Assembly: GCF_016433145.1 (NCBI RefSeq)
Contig: NC_058131.1
Span: 211,572,747 to 211,636,746, forward strand
Source of the DNA: Gracilinanus agilis
Lineage: Eukaryota
Reading direction: 5' to 3'
DNA length: 64,000 nt
Part shown: positions 50,175-61,829 of the stretch, piece by piece
How the letters are laid out: every line of letters starts with the position of its first letter
Numbering within the stretch: the first letter of the stretch is position 1
Translations under genes and position numbers: made by a program
Notes under the pieces: model-generated
The model's input: the letters and a program-made list of their open reading frames with translations, nothing else
Database searches by the model: none
What the model was told of the DNA's origin: nothing

Positions 50175-50480
50175 TTTTTTTTTAAATGTGCTTATTTATT
50201 ATTTTAAAGACTAATTTTAACATTCTTTTTTTGAAAAAAAAATTTGAGTTCCATATTCTCTCCCTTCCTCTAGCCCTTCCCCTGCTCAGTGAAAAAGCAA
50301 GCAGTATGATATCAATTATACATATGAAGTCATGCAAAATATATTAGCCATATTGTTAAAAAAAAAAGCAAGAAAAATAAAGCGAAAGAATATGCTTCAA
50401 TCTACACTCAGAATTCATCAGTTTTCTTTCTGGTGGTAGATAGCATTTTTCATCATGAATCCTCCAAAATTGTCAAAATC
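50175..50480 (-). mobile_element. LINE-1 3' end
   Basis: tttgagttccatattctctcccttcc...catatgaagtcatgcaaaat...gatagcatttttcatcatg. Confidence 0.82.
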
Positions 50481-50689
50481 CCATGGTTTTCTGACTGGAT
50501 TAGAAGAAAGCAGTCTCCTATTATGTTTCTGCTTTGGAAAATGTCCCTGATCTTGAGGTGAGGTCCTGGCATACAATTCCCTCCTTTAGTCCTTTTCTTG
50601 AATTGTCTGTATAGGAGAAGTTTTGAAGAGGTGCTTGAAGGTAGACAGTTCCTTGTAGGAATGTTTGGCTTTTTTCTCCTAATTTTCAT

Positions 50690-51350
50690 TTTGTTAAGTA
50701 AAGCACTTCCAGCTTCTTTGGGGAAAGATTGTAAGGAAAAGAGGAAGAAGACAGAGAAGGACTGAAGTCAAATAAGGAGATGAGAATCACATATTGTAGA
50801 TGACTTGAAGGAAACATTGGAGGTTGAATGTGGGGAGGAGAAATGAGGAAAATTTGAAGAACAGTCTTTAGGATTAGATACTGAGCCAGAAAATCTAAAT
50901 TATAAGCTGAAGTAAGATCAAGGGCAATTAAGGAGGCCATAAAATATTTTAATGAGGATTAAGGAAAACAGAAGGCACAGAAGAAGAATATTCAAGAAGG
51001 GTAAGGCTAACTAAGGTGTCAAAACTAGGCAAATTAGATGAGAACAACTAGAACGTTGACCAAATTGAATGGTTGGGTCAATTTGGTGAAACTGGCTGGA
51101 GATTGCTAAAGAGGGAAAGGAGTTAGATGGGCTGTGAAGTTCTTGAGACAAAGGAATAGGAATTTTAATGAGGTGGTAAAGTTATTAAGAAGTGATAATT
51201 GGCTGTTAAAAGTTTTAACTAGGTTCTTAGGGTTGATCTGTAAACAGTTGCAAATAATTTCAAGAAACATGGTTGGAAAATCCAGTTCTTTCACTGAATA
51301 AGGGAAACTGTTCAGTGACTTATTTTGAGTATTCATACTACTGTCACAGA
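50690..51350 (-). mobile_element. L2 fragment
   Basis: Purine-rich antisense L2 text (ggtgtcaaaactaggcaaattagatgag...gagttagatgggctgtgaag). Confidence 0.5.
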
Positions 51351-51489
51351 TGAGCAACTTAAGTTATTTAGCTACCTCTTTGACCCTGATGATATTAGTA
51401 TTCTAAGAGACCACTAGTATCACTCTATAATTTATATCTGATTAGAATGTAAACATTATATTCTTTTTTAGCCTCTCCTGCTTACTCAC

Positions 51490-51680
51490 TTGTTCAGTCA
51501 AATCTTTGTGATCCCATTTGAGTCTCTTGCCTGATGTGGTTTGCCATTTTCTTCTCCAGCTCATTTTGTACATGAGAAAACTGAGACAAACAAGGTTAAG
51601 TGACTTGCCCAGGGCTGCACAGCTAGTGAGTATCTCAGACTAAATGTGAAATCAAATCTGATTTCAGGTCTAGTCCTGTC
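51490..51680 (-). mobile_element. MAR1-type CORE-SINE
   Basis: ggtttgccattttcttctccagctcattttgtacatgagaaaactgagac. Confidence 0.8.
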
Positions 51681-51749
51681 CCACCTTTCTGCATGGTGGG
51701 TGAATATTGTGAAAGAGAAGCCAGTATGGCTTCATCAAGAAGAACTCAT

Positions 51750-52800
51750 GCTGGACTAATTCCATTTTTAAAAATATATTTACTAAACTAGTAAATAGGG
51801 GGGATTCTATAAATATAGCTTATCTAGATTTTGGCAAAGTCTTTGCTAAAGTGGCCTATACTGTGCTTAGTAGAAGGTGGATTTACATGGATTGATTGAT
51901 AATACAATAAAATGGATTCAGAACTGGTTGGTAGCTGGCCTAAAAGAGTCATTGTTGATGGTTCAATATTGATGTGGCAGTTCTCTAGTGATCTGTTCTT
52001 GTGCCTATGATGTTTAAGATATTTATCAGTGATTTGGATAAAGGCACAGATGGCTTAACTAATTTGCAGATGACACAAAGCTGGGAGGGAGAGCTAATAT
52101 AATGGATGAAAGTATGGATCCAAAAGAATCTTCACAGGCTAGAGAACATTGGGCTGAATCAAATAAGATAAAATTCAATAGGGATAAATGTAAAATCTTG
52201 CTCTTGAGCACAAAAAATCAATATAAGATGGGGAAGACTTGGTTACGTAGCTGATTTGAAAAGAGTTTGGAGAGTTTAGTAGATTGCAAGTTCAATATAA
52301 ATAAGCAGTGTGATGTGGCAGCCAAAAAAAGCTAATGTAATCATTATTGCATTAAAGTGTATAGCTTCCAGGAACAGGGAGGTGAAAATCCCACTGTACT
52401 CAGCCCTGGTCAGACTCATCTGGAGCATTATGTTCTGGACACCATAGTTTTTTTTTTAAAAAGACAATGACTAATTTAAAAATATCCAGAGGAGGGGAAT
52501 CAGGATGGCAAAGGGCCTTGAGTCCATGCCAGTTAAGAACTAGCTGAAGGAGATGGATACATTTAGTCTGGATAAAAGAAGGCTCAAGTGGGACATGACA
52601 ACTGTGTTCAAGTATTAGAGCCGTCCTAAAATTAAAAGGGCTCCCTTGAGATAAGGTGGATTCTTCCTCCTGCCAGGCCTTCAGTCAAAGACTAGATGAC
52701 CCCTTGCTAGGTATGTTTTTAGCAGGAAATTTCACTTTTGTTTTGAGTTAGAGGGTCATTTAGGTCCCTTCCACCTCTCAAGTTCTATGATTCTAAGATA
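51750..52800 (+). mobile_element. CR1/L3 reverse-transcriptase region plus 3' end
   Basis: TTT GCA GAT GAC ACA AAG CTG GGA (FADDTKLG) at 52063-52086; gcagtgtgatgtggcagccaaaaaaagctaat; tail ggtcccttccacctctcaagttctatgattct. Confidence 0.88.
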
Positions 52801-53534
52801 TGTCCGTAGAAGGTTGAGTACTGTTTCCTATGAATGCATGTGTATGTGTGAGAGAGATTATTGACTGAGGAAGGAGGCAAGGAGGTTCCAGGCGTGGATC
52901 AGGGTCTCTAGATTGCAAACTTTTAACATTTTGAACAATATTTAATATCTCTCCTGGCTAAATTGCAAGCCTGACAAGTACGGTTTTAAAAAGCTCTTCT
53001 TGAAATCACAAGCTGACTTCAAGGGTGCTGAGCAAGGTTGGACATTTGTAGCAAGGGTAGTGCTGGACATTAGTTGGCATTTGTAGGCTGAGTGCCTTCT
53101 TGAGGTCTGATGGGGTACCTTAAGTAGCTTTTTGGGAGGTTCTTGCATACATGTGCCATCTCTCCTTTTGAGATCATTTGCTGGACAATAGGTATTACAT
53201 CTATTGTATTAAACTCTCTAACTGGATAATCAATGTAGTTATATACTGTCTTTTAAGGAGCTTAAGGGACAAAAATGCCAGTTATTGACTACTTATACTT
53301 AGTCACAACTGCAATGTCCTGTTACATGAGATAAGCACAAAGTATCACACCATAAATTCTTACACTCCTCTCCTGGTGTTTCAGACTTTTCTGATAGTGT
53401 TAGATTTCCAAAGACCTCTATAGACTCTGGAAGAGAATAGGATCATATTCTTCCTGTTTAAAATAAGGGGTTCAGAACAACAGTGGGTGGTGCATAGCAA
53501 TTTATAGGAAGCAATCAAGCTGCAGAATATTTGA

Positions 53535-53600
53535 GGAGACAGAGGGAAGGGGGGAGAGAGAGACAGAGAGAGACAGACAGAGAGACAGAGACAGAGTCAG
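53535..53600. repeat. (GA/GACA)n purine repeat
   Basis: gagagagaggacagagagagacagacagagagacagagac. Confidence 0.85.
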
Positions 53601-54066
53601 AGAATCCATGTGTATGTGTACAGGTCTGTCTTGGAATAAAAGAGTTAATATGTAGAAGAATGGAAAATAGAGTAAGAGTGAGAAAAGAGGTAAGGATCAA
53701 AAGACATTACTGGTTCAAGTCGGGTTACAGTTGATCCCTCAAGAGGAGACTGGGGAGAGAGAGAAACCTTTTCAAAGCCAAAATTCTGGGTGAAAGGATG
53801 TGAGCAGAAGATTCAAAGAAGCTAGAAAGGGTCCTTACAGGGAATTTCAATTATAGAGCTCTTTGGGGGGAAACTCTGAGACCTGTTTACAGTCATAGAC
53901 TTTAGAACTGTCTCAATCCTACTGTTCCACCCCTGTCCATATTTTATAGATGATGCAATTTTGTCTCAGAGAAGTAAAGATTCAGACTGTTATAGCTTAT
54001 ACCACCAACCTATATAGAGATTCAGTGCAAATACCGTTTGAGTTAAGGGAAGGGGGAAGAGAATAG

Positions 54067-54330
54067 ACACACACACACACACACACACACACATATGTAT
54101 ATATAGTGCCTACATGCTGCCAGACCTGTGCTAGCAATTTTTATAAACATCATCTCATTTTAGACTCACAACAACATTGAGAGGGAGGTGCTATTATTAT
54201 CCCCACTTTACAGATGAGGAAACTTAGACAAACAGAGGTAAAATGATTCGCCTAGGGTTGCACTAAGGTTCTGTGGTTGAATTTGAATTCAGGTCTTCCT
54301 GACTCCTGGTCTTGGGCTTTATCCATTTCC
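54067..54330 (-). mobile_element. (CA)n (54067-54092) followed by MIR
   Basis: ccccactttacagatgaggaaacttagac...tttgaattcaggtcttcctgactcc. Confidence 0.8.
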
Positions 54331-54889
54331 TCACCAGTTTATCTTTGAAATGGAAACTGAGACCCAGAGAAGAGAAAGGGATGTGCTTATAGGTCAAGGT
54401 TGGTAGAAGATGACAAGATTTCAGAGTAAGGCAACTTAAGACATTTTTTAAGCAATAAAAAGAAGGGAGAAAAAAGGAAAGCATTGTCTCTTTAGCAGAA
54501 CACAGAAAGGTAGCTCTAATTTTATTGTAGAAAGCAGCCCCAATCCTTCCATAAGATATGGCCAAGGGAGCATTTCAGGATGATTTCAGGTCTTTGCTTT
54601 AAATGTGTTCAGGTAGAGAAGCAGGAACATAATAATGCCCAGGTCTGAAATAATGTCTTCTTTAACCTATAGGACAGAGAAGGGCAAAGAGTCCAAAAGC
54701 CCAGAAGCAATTATCTACTCTACGAAATTGTGTGTAACCCACACTGTGCTACCCACCTCAGGGATTTATAACCTAAAAGAGAAAGCAGCCGTCCCCAACC
54801 CCCAACCAGTGCATTTTAGGACACACAGATGATAGCTCCCTTCTTACAGGCATCCAGATACACAAATACCTACAGCAGGAAGTGAATGG

Positions 54890-55100
54890 TATAACAAGTG
54901 TGTTGGATTCAGAATAAGAGAACCTGGGTTCAAATTCTGACTCTTGTCAGAATTGACTACTTGTTGACACTAATCAATTGACATGAAATAATTTAGCTAA
55001 TCTGTAGAAGCCTCAGTTTCCTCTTCTATAAAATGAAGGGGTTAGTTAGGCTCAATGACCTCCAGGGTCCCTTGCAGTTGGAAATCTATTATTCTATGAT
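54890..55100 (+). mobile_element. MIR
   Basis: gaacctgggttcaaattctgactc...gcctcagtttcctcttctataaaatg. Confidence 0.72.
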
Positions 55101-55536
55101 TTAACACTTGACCATGGCAGGGTCAGTGCTAAGGACCTCATAAGCTAAATATTTTGAATAAGAGCCAGGCATCTTGGGAAATGCAAGTTCCACTCCTACC
55201 CTCTTACCTGGGAAAAAATAGAGGCATTATATCATGTTATGTAAAGCAGCAGTGTGGGACTTAGACCAAGTTACCCCAAAATTGGACCAAAAGAGGGAGC
55301 TATAGAGAGGGATGGGGCAGAGGCAGCTGGGATGCAGAGAAATGGGGTGCCACGATGGTATCCACAGGCCCAAAATTTTACCCTATGGAAGCAGCAGCTC
55401 TGATTGGACTCCAAGCTTAGAGAATATCTCCCCTTCCCTCATCTCAAAGAATCACTGCTGTTTAGAGTAGAATGCCATCTATCCATCTCACTTTCTTTTC
55501 CCATCTTCCCTCATTTTGTGTTTAGACAGGAGTTTT

Positions 55537-55712
55537 TAAGCTGAGGTCCAAGTCATCTTGGATGAAAAAAAAATTACATCTTTATTTTCACTAACCTTTA
55601 GTTCCTTTTGTAATTTTATGTATTTTATTTTCCATATTTAAAAACATTATTTTGAGAAGGGGTCCATTAGCTTATAGGAGTCTGTAATTCAAAAAAGTTT
55701 AAAAATCCCTTG
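55537..55712. mobile_element. Charlie4-like hAT MITE (opposite orientation to 9530)
   Basis: aaaattacatctttattttcactaacc...atttaaaaacattattttgagaaggggtcc...aaaaagtttaaaaatccctt. Confidence 0.68.
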
Positions 55713-55847
55713 GGAATACTAAGCAGAAGCTTTTCCCCACCCATTTTCCTATTACCCTATCCTCTAAAGGGTAATATATACATATATATATATATAATAT
55801 ATATTTAAAAAAGGATCATATACATATATTTGATCCTTTTTTAAATT

Positions 55848-56048
55848 TATTTTTTTTAAAAAATCACCTTATCTTCCATCTTAGAATCAATACTGTATAT
55901 TGGTTCTAAGACAGAAGAGCTTACTGCAATGGGAGTTAAGTGACTTACCCAAGGTCACACATGTAGGGCATATCTAAGGTCAAATTTGAACGTAGGATCT
56001 CCTGTTTCTGAGCCTGGCTTTCAAACCATTGAGCTACGTAGCTCCCCC
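55848..56048 (-). mobile_element. SINE1-like copy
   Basis: ccatcttagaatcaatactgtatattggttctaagacagaag...gagcctggctttcaaaccattgagctac. Confidence 0.85.
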
Positions 56049-56879
56049 CTTGATTCTCTTTTTTTAGATGAGTTTGTTCCCATTGTCTTTGGGCACATTG
56101 TTTTTTGTGATCAGAGAATTTTGGGGGAGGTGGTGGTTGGGGAGTTGGTAGTGGTAGTGGAGGTGGTGGTGACCTGGAATGGTTTCTTATATTTCACAGA
56201 GTACATAAACTAGAATACTCCAGTGTGGTGAATGATTGATTGAGTCATGGAAATAATTTGTGGCAGTGATCCTAATGTATTAAAAAAAAACATTTTGTGT
56301 TACTTTCTAATTGGATTACACCCTGGATTGGAAAAGTCTTCCTTGTGATAGTTATATGTAGTTTCAAAAATGAATAAATTTTTGCTTTCATGAAAAACCA
56401 ATCCACCTAATCCAGTTAGAGTTTAGTTTTTATGAATGACTCTATAACTCCTAAGTAGAACCCTAAAACTTGAACTCAGGACTCATTTAGATTTTCCCTA
56501 AAAGAATGAGCTAATTGTCACTGAGTGGGGTTTGCCAGGACGCTGCAGAACTGAAGGCCTCTGGGGCTATTTGGTGCAAGCTTAGTGGTATGGGAAGCTT
56601 GGAGGGACTAGAGGAGAAAGACCCCCCTTTGTAGTCTGCCCGGTAGGCAGAGCTGGGCATACTTCTAAAGGTCTCCCCATTTCAGGTTGGGAGGAAAAAG
56701 GGAAGAAAATACAGACCTCTCAAGCTCCACAGTGGTACCTGATTATAACACTACAAAGAAAATCAATCTTGATTTCTCATCAAATCAGAGGAAGACTGAG
56801 GTCTAGAAGTCTTTGGAAGTGCCTAGACTTGAAATTAGAAAACAAAGGGTTTAATCCCAGCTCTGAGACTAAACTATAT

Positions 56880-57260
56880 GGCTTTGGGTGATAATAATAA
56901 CAACAGCTGACATTTTCTGTAAAAGCACAATACATGATTATTTCATTGGATCCTTCCAACAAAGTATTATTAGCTCTGTCTTATAAATGTACAAACTAGG
57001 ACGCAGAGCGGTCAAGTCATAACAGTCTGGGATCGAACAGCTAGTGTCAAAACCAGGATTTGTACTGGGTCCCTCTTGTTACTAAATCTCATGTTCTTTC
57101 ATCTACCCACACTGCCTCATAATCACTTTACCTGTCAGAATTTCAGAATGTTCAGCTATAAAATGGGACTAACTCTACTTGGACCAGCTATCTCGCAGGG
57201 TTGTTGGGAGAAAGGCATTTTGCAACCATTAAAGACTATCTAAATGTAATATTATTGTTG
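56880..57260. mobile_element. Two MIR copies (- then +)
   Basis: aaaaccaggatttgtactggg; gttcagctataaaatggg...gcagggttgttgggag. Confidence 0.55.
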
Positions 57261-57797
57261 TTCTCTGAAGGCCACCCAAATCCTTATCTAAGGAGAGAAA
57301 GAACAAAGACTGCTAGCTAGCCTTGGTGTGAACCAGCTGCTCCCCCTAATCATTCCTAATCCCTCTCCCAAGGCTAACCTCTCACCTCATAATTAACTAC
57401 TTCTCTCCAAACACCTGCTTCCTCTAGTGCAGACTGGCTGCTTCTGGTATCAGCCCTCCTCGCCCCCTCCCAGAAGGCACCAGCTGCAAACGTTGCCACC
57501 TTTGGTCTGGGTTGAAAACAAAGGTTCTTAATCTTTTCTCTTGGCCTAGAGCTGACCTTTCCCTCTTCTTAAAGTGGAGGCAGTGGCTTCTGGGAGTCTG
57601 CCAGCCCCTGAAGACTTTAACCTAAAAGCCCTTGGTCCTCATTACCTACTAGCATGAAAGGTAATGAGCTATCAGGGACCTCCGAGGTCATCCAGTCAGA
57701 TAGACTCATCATGTCACAGACAGACAATTAGAAGACTTGGAGGTCTTGGGATCATAAGATCCTAGGTTTAGATTTAGATTTAGAAGAGACCTTAGAG

Positions 57798-57991
57798 CAG
57801 TGGTTCCCAAACTTTTTTGGCCTACCACCCCCTTTCCAGAAAAAAATATTAATTAGCCCCTTGGAAATTAAATTTTTAAAAATTTTAATAGCAATTAATA
57901 GGAAAGATAAATGCACCTGTGGCCATCACCGCCCTCCTGGATTGCTGCAGCACCCACCAGGGGGCGGTGGCGCCCACTTTGGGAATGACTG
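57798..57991. mobile_element. hAT MITE (family A) inserted in a MIR
   Basis: TIRs CAGTGGTTCCCAAACT / ACTTTGGGAATGACTG; perfect 8-bp TSD CCTTAGAG at 57790-57797 and 57992-57999. Confidence 0.95.
57954..57966 (+). promoter_or_regulatory. CTCF core motif match inside MITE
   Basis: CCACCAGGGGGCG matches CCASYAGRKGGC exactly; motif match only, binding not shown. Confidence 0.4.
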
Positions 57992-58461
57992 CCTTAGAGG
58001 GTTATCTAGTACCATCCTATCATTTGATTTACCTAAGTTTATAGAGGTACTAGTAAATGCAGTCTGATTTCACACCCAGATCATCTAATTCCAGAATTCA
58101 TCATTTCTTCTCTGCCAAACTCCTCCCATAACAGATGTAGAAAGTCAAGTGATTTGCTTAAGGTCAAATAGTTGGTGGCAGAGCTGTGATTAGAACTCAG
58201 ATCTCCTCATTACTAGTCTTTTCTCTACTGTAAGAAGAATCCATCAGAAAATCCATCAGGATTAATTCGATCATTTCCCCAACAAGTTTTGATGAAATTA
58301 GAAGGGGTGACCGTTTGTTGGTAGATATCTAAGGGCATATTTCCTCATGGAAGGTACCCATGCCCATGATACCTCCAAGACAGAAGGAGCTTCTGGTTGA
58401 CTTTGAATCAGAGAGGAAATACTTTTGTTGAAGGAGCTGCCATTTTGGTAGCCCATAAAAA

Positions 58462-58702
58462 CAGGCTAGATGGTGCAGTGGATAGAGTGTTGGGCCTAAA
58501 GTAAGGAAGACTCATCCTAATTTCAAATACACAGACACTGTGTGATCCTGGGCAAATCACTTAACCCTATGTGGCTCAGTTCCCCATCTATAAGATGATT
58601 TGGAGAAAGAAATGACAAACCACTCCAGTTTGTTTGCAAAGAAAACCCCAAAGTGGGCTCACAAAGAACCAGACACAATTGAAAATGACTGAATAAACAA
58701 CA
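58462..58702 (+). mobile_element. MAR1-type CORE-SINE
   Basis: ggctagatggtgcagtggatagagtg...ggagaaagaaatgacaaaccactccag. Confidence 0.85.
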
Positions 58703-58756
58703 AAAATGAATAGATCAATTCTTTTTCTTTCCTTTCTCTTTTTCCTTCTCTCAGAA

Positions 58757-58959
58757 CAGTGATGGGCAAACATTTTAAAGAGGGGATCAAAGGAAAGGAA
58801 ATGCTCATCTGTTAGTCTGTTTCTAGGGCAATTCTTTCAAAGTGTCATTGTATTGTATCCTACAAATTTTATTCGTCAGATTAGGAATAATGTTGTGCAG
58901 CAGGATAGAACATTTCAGGGGACTGCATCTGGCCCACAGACGTAGTTTGCCCATCACTG
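58757..58959. mobile_element. hAT MITE (family B), complete
   Basis: Perfect 15-bp TIR CAGTGATGGGCAAAC / GTTTGCCCATCACTG; perfect 8-bp TSD TCTCAGAA at 58749-58756 and 58960-58967. Confidence 0.95.
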
Positions 58960-60289
58960 TCTCAGAAGATATTAGTAAAGGTTGGCATGTGTTTTTTGTT
59001 TTTTTTTGTGTGTGTGTATCTTTTGATAGGAGAGTTCCTAATAGAAGAGTTCCTAATAATAGTGGACTAAATAGTTACAACCAGGCCTATAGATTTCTTG
59101 CATGAAAACATGGCAGATGCAGAAAAATGTGTGCCCACTCAGCCCAGGAGTGTAGTTCATGGACATCGGTTTATGAATCTCAACTCCTTTGGGAGGGAGA
59201 GAATTTGGAATTCTCTATATAAAATCTAGCCTGTTAGTCAGGAAAAGGAGGTTTCCTTTGAATATCCTTGCTGATATCCCAAATTCAAAACTTTAGAGGC
59301 TGGGTCTTCTAGACTCTAGAAGAGAATGTATAATCTAAAGAGTAAAGAGGATTGCCTGAAAAAGCATTCTCCTTGAAAAATAAAATAAGATGATTATTTG
59401 TATAATTCTTGTGAATCTTTCTATTTGGAGAGCAAATCAGCCCTCCAAAGGGTATTTACCATGGATGGGTGGGGGGTTGGCTGGTCTGTACTCCAGAGTG
59501 GTACTTTAATTTTTTGAGGATACTGTAGGATTCAGTGGGGAAAAGGCTCTCCTGGATATCAAAAGACTGACCTGATAGCAACCACAAGTTTAGTCTCCTT
59601 CCAGATGGAGGGGGAATTGAGGGACTGTTTTAGTTTTGTATGTTTTTTGCATGTGATTATGGATTTCTGTGAATCATTTGCATCTCCTGCATTTTTTGTG
59701 GGGTGAAACAAAGGTTGTCTTGTATCTAATTATTCTAAACCAAAAAGTTAGGATATAGGTGAGGCAACTGAATTGGTGGTCCTGGCTCTGTATGACAACT
59801 CATCCTTCTATGGAGAGAGCCAATATGGCTGCAAAGTGCAAACACCACTGGACCAAATGTAGCATAATTGGGAGCAGACAGAGCCAAGCAAACAGGCTTT
59901 ATGGAAGTCAAGAATCTTAGACTGGTGCTGGTTCATGATAGTGAGGGGAAGGAAGACCCTTCGGGATTTGGTGACTAGTTCCCCTTGCAGGAAAGGAGCC
60001 TTAGGCCATTACTGCCAGTCTTACTGTGCTGGGGTGACCCAGGGGTTTTTGAGGACTTCTTTGGTCAGTAGGTCAGAGAAGTTATTGTATTTTTTACAAG
60101 GCTGTGCCTCATGTATTTCCTATAATCTGCCTTCAATTAGACTTGGTTTTGTACAAATTATACCTCCTTTCTGGGTCTCAGTATTCTCAACTGCATGTAA
60201 GCACAATCATTTTTGTGCTAACAAGAATATAGCTCAAAATCCAGTATTTTTTTGTTGCTGCTACTAACACATACACATAATAAAGATAG

Positions 60290-60660
60290 TACCATGAGAG
60301 TGGAGGATAATTACCATAGCTTCTTTTATAAAAAAGTAATTTGTTTGTTACATTAAAATACCCAGTTAACTCCCTTTCTCTTCTTCTCCACCTCCCCATT
60401 AAAGAAGGCATTACTTGACAAAAAAATGTATATGTATATATAAAACTATGCATTACTTATTTCTATTTACCAGCTTTTTCTTTGGAGATGGACATAAATA
60501 AATCATTCTTCAAATGACATTTCGGTTGCTGTATATAATGTTCTCTTGGTTCTGCTCATTTCACTCTTCATAATTTCATGTAGACCTTCTCATGTTTTTC
60601 CAAAATTGACCTGCTCATCATTTCTTATACGGTTGTATTCCATCACAATTATATCCCACA
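60290..60660 (-). mobile_element. LINE-1 3' end
   Basis: cctccccattaaagaaggc...ctgtatataatgttctcttggttctgctcatttcactc. Confidence 0.8.
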
Positions 60661-60699
60661 ACTCCATTAGGCATTCCTTTACTTAGCGTTTACTCTTTC

Positions 60700-60925
60700 T
60701 TGATTTCAATCATTCATTTGGGGTTTTATTAGCAAAGGTACTGGAGTGGTTTGCCATTTCTTTCTCTAGTTCATTTTATAAGTGAGGAACTAAGGCAAAC
60801 AGGTTTAAATGACTTGCCCAGGGTCACACAATTAGTGTCTCAGACTGGATTTGAATTCTAAAAACTTGAGCCTTCCTGATTCCAGGCCTAGGATTCTCTA
60901 TCTACTGCACCTTCTTGCTGCCCAT
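60700..60925 (-). mobile_element. MAR1-type CORE-SINE
   Basis: tactggagtggtttgccatttc...aatgacttgcccagggtcacac. Confidence 0.83.
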
Positions 60926-61829
60926 TTCATTCATGTTGCCAAAATTCCTGTGTTAGTTTGTTTTTGGTGGAGTCCCCCAAATGGGCTTGAAAGCATAGGA
61001 ATCCTATTTGGAGTCAAAGAAAATTTTATAATCTCAAATCAGTTGTTTGGGTTCATGGACTTTGATCCTACATCAGACACTGTCAATTAAGTGAAAATAC
61101 CAATCTTACCCTTGGAAACCTGGGCTGATAGGATGTCTTTAAGGAGGTGTGATGACTCATAGTCTCAACTATTTACAAAATATTTATTAGCCTGTCCATA
61201 TCAGGGAGAGCCTTTCTAATCACTACATCTTTATCTGCTATTTCATTTAACTTTTGTTTTGAACTAATGGGTCTAGTTGACTGATAAAAGCAAATCCATA
61301 GGTAGAGGGGCTCAAAACTATGGTTTTGAGTGTGTGCTAAGAATGCCTCAAACCTGCGGAAGCTTTTCTGGGGGACCACATGTATAAAAGGATGCCCTTG
61401 GTGTTCTAGGTACAATGAGGGGGTTGGACAGATTAATCTCTAAGGTCCTACCTAACTTTAGAGTTATAAAGTTTGAACGGATTCTTTTATTTTATAGATG
61501 AGAATATTGAAATCATAAGAGGAGATATGATTTGTCAAGTAGCATGTAGCAGAATCAGAATTCTAATCAGAATTAATAATTAATATTGTTTGAATGTATA
61601 ATAATTAAATATTAATTCATAATCCTTGATTAATCAGGATTCTATTTCAATTCTGGGGCTCTTTCCACTGGGACACTTTGCCTTATATCTCTTATCTATA
61701 TATTATCTCTTCCACTAGTGGGGCTACTGCTTGAGGACAAGACTACTATAGATGTGCAATAAATGTTTATTTTATTTCTTATAGACCAATGTCTTACACT
61801 ATATATGTTTTTTGTTTTTGAACTGGTCC

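Noticed and set aside
57945-57953. TGCAGCAC resembling the CTCF upstream (M2/U) motif
   Set aside because: It abuts the core directly; the established spacing needs several more bases.
9948-61160. Several AP-1 heptamers (TGA(C/G)TCA)
   Set aside because: About eight are expected by chance in 64 kb on two strands; no clustering.
61311-61330. 8-bp stem hairpin CTCAAAAC-TATG-GTTTTGAG
   Set aside because: Short enough to occur by chance in this window.
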